From: an uncultured delta proteobacterium
GTDB lineage: Bacteria; Desulfobacterota; Binatia; UBA9968
NCBI GenBank assembly: GCA_963727625.1
Contig: CAVSHR010000004.1
Coordinates: 1,056,001-1,120,000 of the forward strand
DNA: 64,000 nt
Reading direction: 5' to 3'
The translations under genes and the position numbers were made by a program. Shown here one piece after another: positions 61,325 to 64,000 of this stretch (positions are counted from its first letter, which is position 1; each line of letters starts with the position of its first letter). Under the pieces are notes generated by a model. That model was given only the letters and a program-made list of their open reading frames with translations. It had not been told where the DNA came from and did not search any database.

Positions 61325-63019
61325 CTAGCGGGCGACGCCCATTGTTGCACCCAGCTTATGGGCCACGAGCGCCATAGCCGTTAGAACCAGCATCATCAAG
61401 ACGCCGAGCGCTGCCAGCCAGTTGTATTGGGCTTGATCCAGAAGATCGAAGATGAGCACTGACAAAACGATGCTGTCTGTCGAATATAACAGTATCGAAG
61501 TCGACAGCTCTCTGAGCGCCAATATACTGATATAAATCCACCCTGCCACAAAACCGGGAGCTAGAAGCGGGAGAATAATTTTTCTGAAGGTTTGCGGCCA
61601 GGAGCTACCGCACACGTGGGAGGCCTCTTCTAATTCCGAAGTGATCTGAATCATCGAAGCCGATGCTGCGCGCAGGCCGTACGGTAAATACCTTGTCATG
61701 TACGCCACCAGTAAGATCCAGATTGTTCCATAAATGGGCACCGGGACAATCAGGTAAACCCACATCAGGCTTATTCCCAAAACGATTCCTGGAATAGCGA
61801 TGGGCACGAACGAGATGGCATCCAAGATACCCTTTCCGGCAATTTTGGACTTTACCGTTATCCAGGCGATCACCGACGTGATGAGCATGACCAGAGTCGC
61901 TGAGCCGACGGAAAGAATAAAGCTGTTTTTAAACGCTTTCGTCGCCTCGGGATAATTCAGAACGAAGCGGTAATTGTCGAGCGATACCTTTGCCAACAGA
62001 GCCGCCGAGGGAACTCCATAGTACGGAATAAGCGATGTCCAGAGCAGAATCAGAATCGGGGCAATCACCGCGACCGAAAAGATAATCATGGCGATGGATA
62101 AATGGACATATTTCCACCGCCCAAGCTCGGCAACGCGAGGACGGTAACCTTTGCCGGTCACGGTCGCGAATTGCTCCTGTTTCCGTGTCAATCGCTGGTA
62201 TAGCAATACTCCCCCGAGGCAAATCAGCAGCAGGTTTACGGCATAGGCCCCCGCCAAGCCATGATTTGAGGGATACTGATGGGTGGCAAGATAAATCTTG
62301 CTGGTAAAGACGTGAATATCCCCCGGGACGCCAATGATCGCAGGAACTTCAAAGGCCTCGATTGCTCGGACGAACATAATGAGTTGAATCCCGATCACCG
62401 AAGGTCGCATAATTGGCAGAGTAATTCGCCTCAAGGTGGACAGCGTCCCCGACCCGGCCGCCAAAGAGGCTTCCTCCAAGACCGGATCCATGTTTTTAAG
62501 CGCTGCCGACATAAGCAGAAATGCCAGCGGATATGTGTCGAGCGCTTGGACCCAGATCATTCCTCCCATGGAAAAGATGTCGAACGGCCCGGAGGCTAAA
62601 CCGAAAGATTTTTTAAGCGCCAGGTTAAACACACCAATCCTGGGACTGAGCATAAAAATCCAACCGATTGTCGTAAGAATTCCTGGAATCAAGAGGGGAA
62701 CCAGGGCCATAAGGCTACAAGTCTTCTTAAAAGGGACGTTGGTCCGCTCGTTTATCCAGGCTAAGTAGGTTCCAATCGCAAAAGCAAAGAACGACGCGCC
62801 CAGCGCGAACTCCAAGGAATTCAAAGCCAGCCGATACGCCTCCGAGTCAAATAAGGCGCTGACGTAATTTTGCAGCGTGAAAGTTCCGCCCGAAACCATG
62901 ACGGGGGTGGTGAGAAAGCTTCCGTAAACCAGAATTCCGATGGGCATGGCTGCAAGGTAGAGAACGACCACAGAGCAGCCGCCAAGGATCAAATTTTGGG
63001 AGTTGATGTAACGTTGCAT
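61325..63019 (-). CDS. ABC transporter permease (FbpB-like, duplicated EAA loops)
   Basis: LEEASLAAG...ITLP and LEEASHVCG...IILPLL. Confidence 0.9.
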   Translation of the reverse strand: MQRYINSQNLILGGCSVVVLYLAAMPIGILVYGSFLTTPVMVSGGTFTLQNYVSALFDSEAYRLALNSLEFALGASFFAFAIGTYLAWINERTNVPFKKTCSLMALVPLLIPGILTTIGWIFMLSPRIGVFNLALKKSFGLASGPFDIFSMGGMIWVQALDTYPLAFLLMSAALKNMDPVLEEASLAAGSGTLSTLRRITLPIMRPSVIGIQLIMFVRAIEAFEVPAIIGVPGDIHVFTSKIYLATHQYPSNHGLAGAYAVNLLLICLGGVLLYQRLTRKQEQFATVTGKGYRPRVAELGRWKYVHLSIAMIIFSVAVIAPILILLWTSLIPYYGVPSAALLAKVSLDNYRFVLNYPEATKAFKNSFILSVGSATLVMLITSVIAWITVKSKIAGKGILDAISFVPIAIPGIVLGISLMWVYLIVPVPIYGTIWILLVAYMTRYLPYGLRAASASMIQITSELEEASHVCGSSWPQTFRKIILPLLAPGFVAGWIYISILALRELSTSILLYSTDSIVLSVLIFDLLDQAQYNWLAALGVLMMLVLTAMALVAHKLGATMGVAR

Positions 63020-63204
63020 ACCGCGGACTTTCTTATGGACCCTGCAGATATGGACCAAGCCCTGCTCGCACCACGGCGATCCCTTTTCGCTGAGGGTGAC
63101 GCGAGCCAGGGCTTCTGCCAAGGCCGACTCTGATAAAATCCATCTCCGTCAAGGCACGTTGAGATTCAACCGCGGAGCCGGTCTAAGTCACGCGTCATCG
63201 CGAC

Positions 63205-64000
63205 CTACTTCGGCCCTCCGAACCATTCGCGGAACTGCGCTCGATAAGCCTTGAAGTTCTTGAAAATGTCTTCGTCCGGGGTGCGAACCAGATTGGCGCG
63301 ATTCATCTGCTTGAAACCAGGACTGAGCCCTTTGACATCGGATCTGGCGGGCAGTCGCCTGGACTTGGCAATAATTTCCGCCGCCTCTTCGGACAGCAGG
63401 AAATTCATGAACAGCCGGGCCGAATTGGGGCTCGGAGCATGTTTCATAACTGCAATGGGACTTCCATGCACGGCCATCGGATTCAAGTCTTTGACCCAAT
63501 CCACCGGCGCGCCCTTGCTGTGCTTGAAGATTTCGATGTGCTGGGCGCGGGTGACAGCCAGGTGAAATTCGCCCGCCGCTAGCAGAGCAACGCCATCACT
63601 GACGCCTTTGCTGATTCTGACGTTTTGCTTGGCGAAATCTTGCATGAACTTCGTGCCAGCCTCCTTGCCAAAACTTTTGAGCATGACTCGATACCACCCG
63701 ATCTGGTCTCGAGGCATCGTGATTTTTCCTTTCCATTTTGGATTCAATAAATCTTGCCAAGACTTCGGCACGTCCGCACCGGAAACGAGGTTGGTGTTGT
63801 AGGCGATAATCACCGGATACCAGTATAGATCGGTCCAATAACCCGCTTCGTCTTTAAACCGAGCGTCGATGTGCTTACTCTCAGGCGCATCGAACGCCGC
63901 GATCACCCCTTCGGACTTGAGGATCGCGATATCCGGAGGGCTCCCCTGGAACACATCAAAGGCATGTCTCCCCGCCCTGAATTCACTCAAAGTACGCTCC
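63205..64000 (-). CDS. ABC transporter substrate-binding protein (5' end beyond the window)
   Basis: IAYNTNLV...PKSWQDLLNPKWKGK, APSPNSARLFMNFLLS. Confidence 0.85.
   Translation of the reverse strand, partial: ERTLSEFRAGRHAFDVFQGSPPDIAILKSEGVIAAFDAPESKHIDARFKDEAGYWTDLYWYPVIIAYNTNLVSGADVPKSWQDLLNPKWKGKITMPRDQIGWYRVMLKSFGKEAGTKFMQDFAKQNVRISKGVSDGVALLAAGEFHLAVTRAQHIEIFKHSKGAPVDWVKDLNPMAVHGSPIAVMKHAPSPNSARLFMNFLLSEEAAEIIAKSRRLPARSDVKGLSPGFKQMNRANLVRTPDEDIFKNFKAYRAQFREWFGGPK

Overview
A GC-rich bacterial window. Many Fe/thiamine-type ABC binding proteins, cupins, amidohydrolases and TTT transporter parts suggest a soil or sediment deltaproteobacterium such as Binatia (inference only). The two flanks (about 0.6-22 kb and 44.6-64 kb) carry small-molecule catabolism and transport genes. 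They also carry a Cyc2-like cytochrome-porin with a cytochrome c, and a GST that appears to be a selenoprotein (in-frame TGA plus a SECIS hairpin). The centre (about 24.3-44.4 kb, all minus strand) is a defence island built on a Type I restriction-modification locus: hsdR, hsdS, an OLD-type nuclease and hsdM. Three features stand out. (1) HsdR contains an in-frame HUH/Y1 (RAYT) domain with about 9 translated REP hairpins, and HsdS contains an in-frame GIY-YIG domain bounded by inverted repeats; 27-bp mini-copies of those repeats sit in hsdM fragments. (2) Three truncated hsdM 5' ends alternate with toxin-antitoxin cassettes upstream of the full hsdM. (3) Upstream of hsdR, small TA and regulator genes are delimited by six same-orientation copies of a palindrome. 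Mobile DNA is dense. It includes a group II intron whose EBS1 matches the RAYT end motif it sits in, IS1634, IS1182-like, IS1380 and IS4 elements with readable ends, several RAYT remnants, and MITEs. Many single-base frameshifts may be assembly errors. No tRNA, rRNA or CRISPR array was recognised. All family calls come from motif recognition, not database searches.
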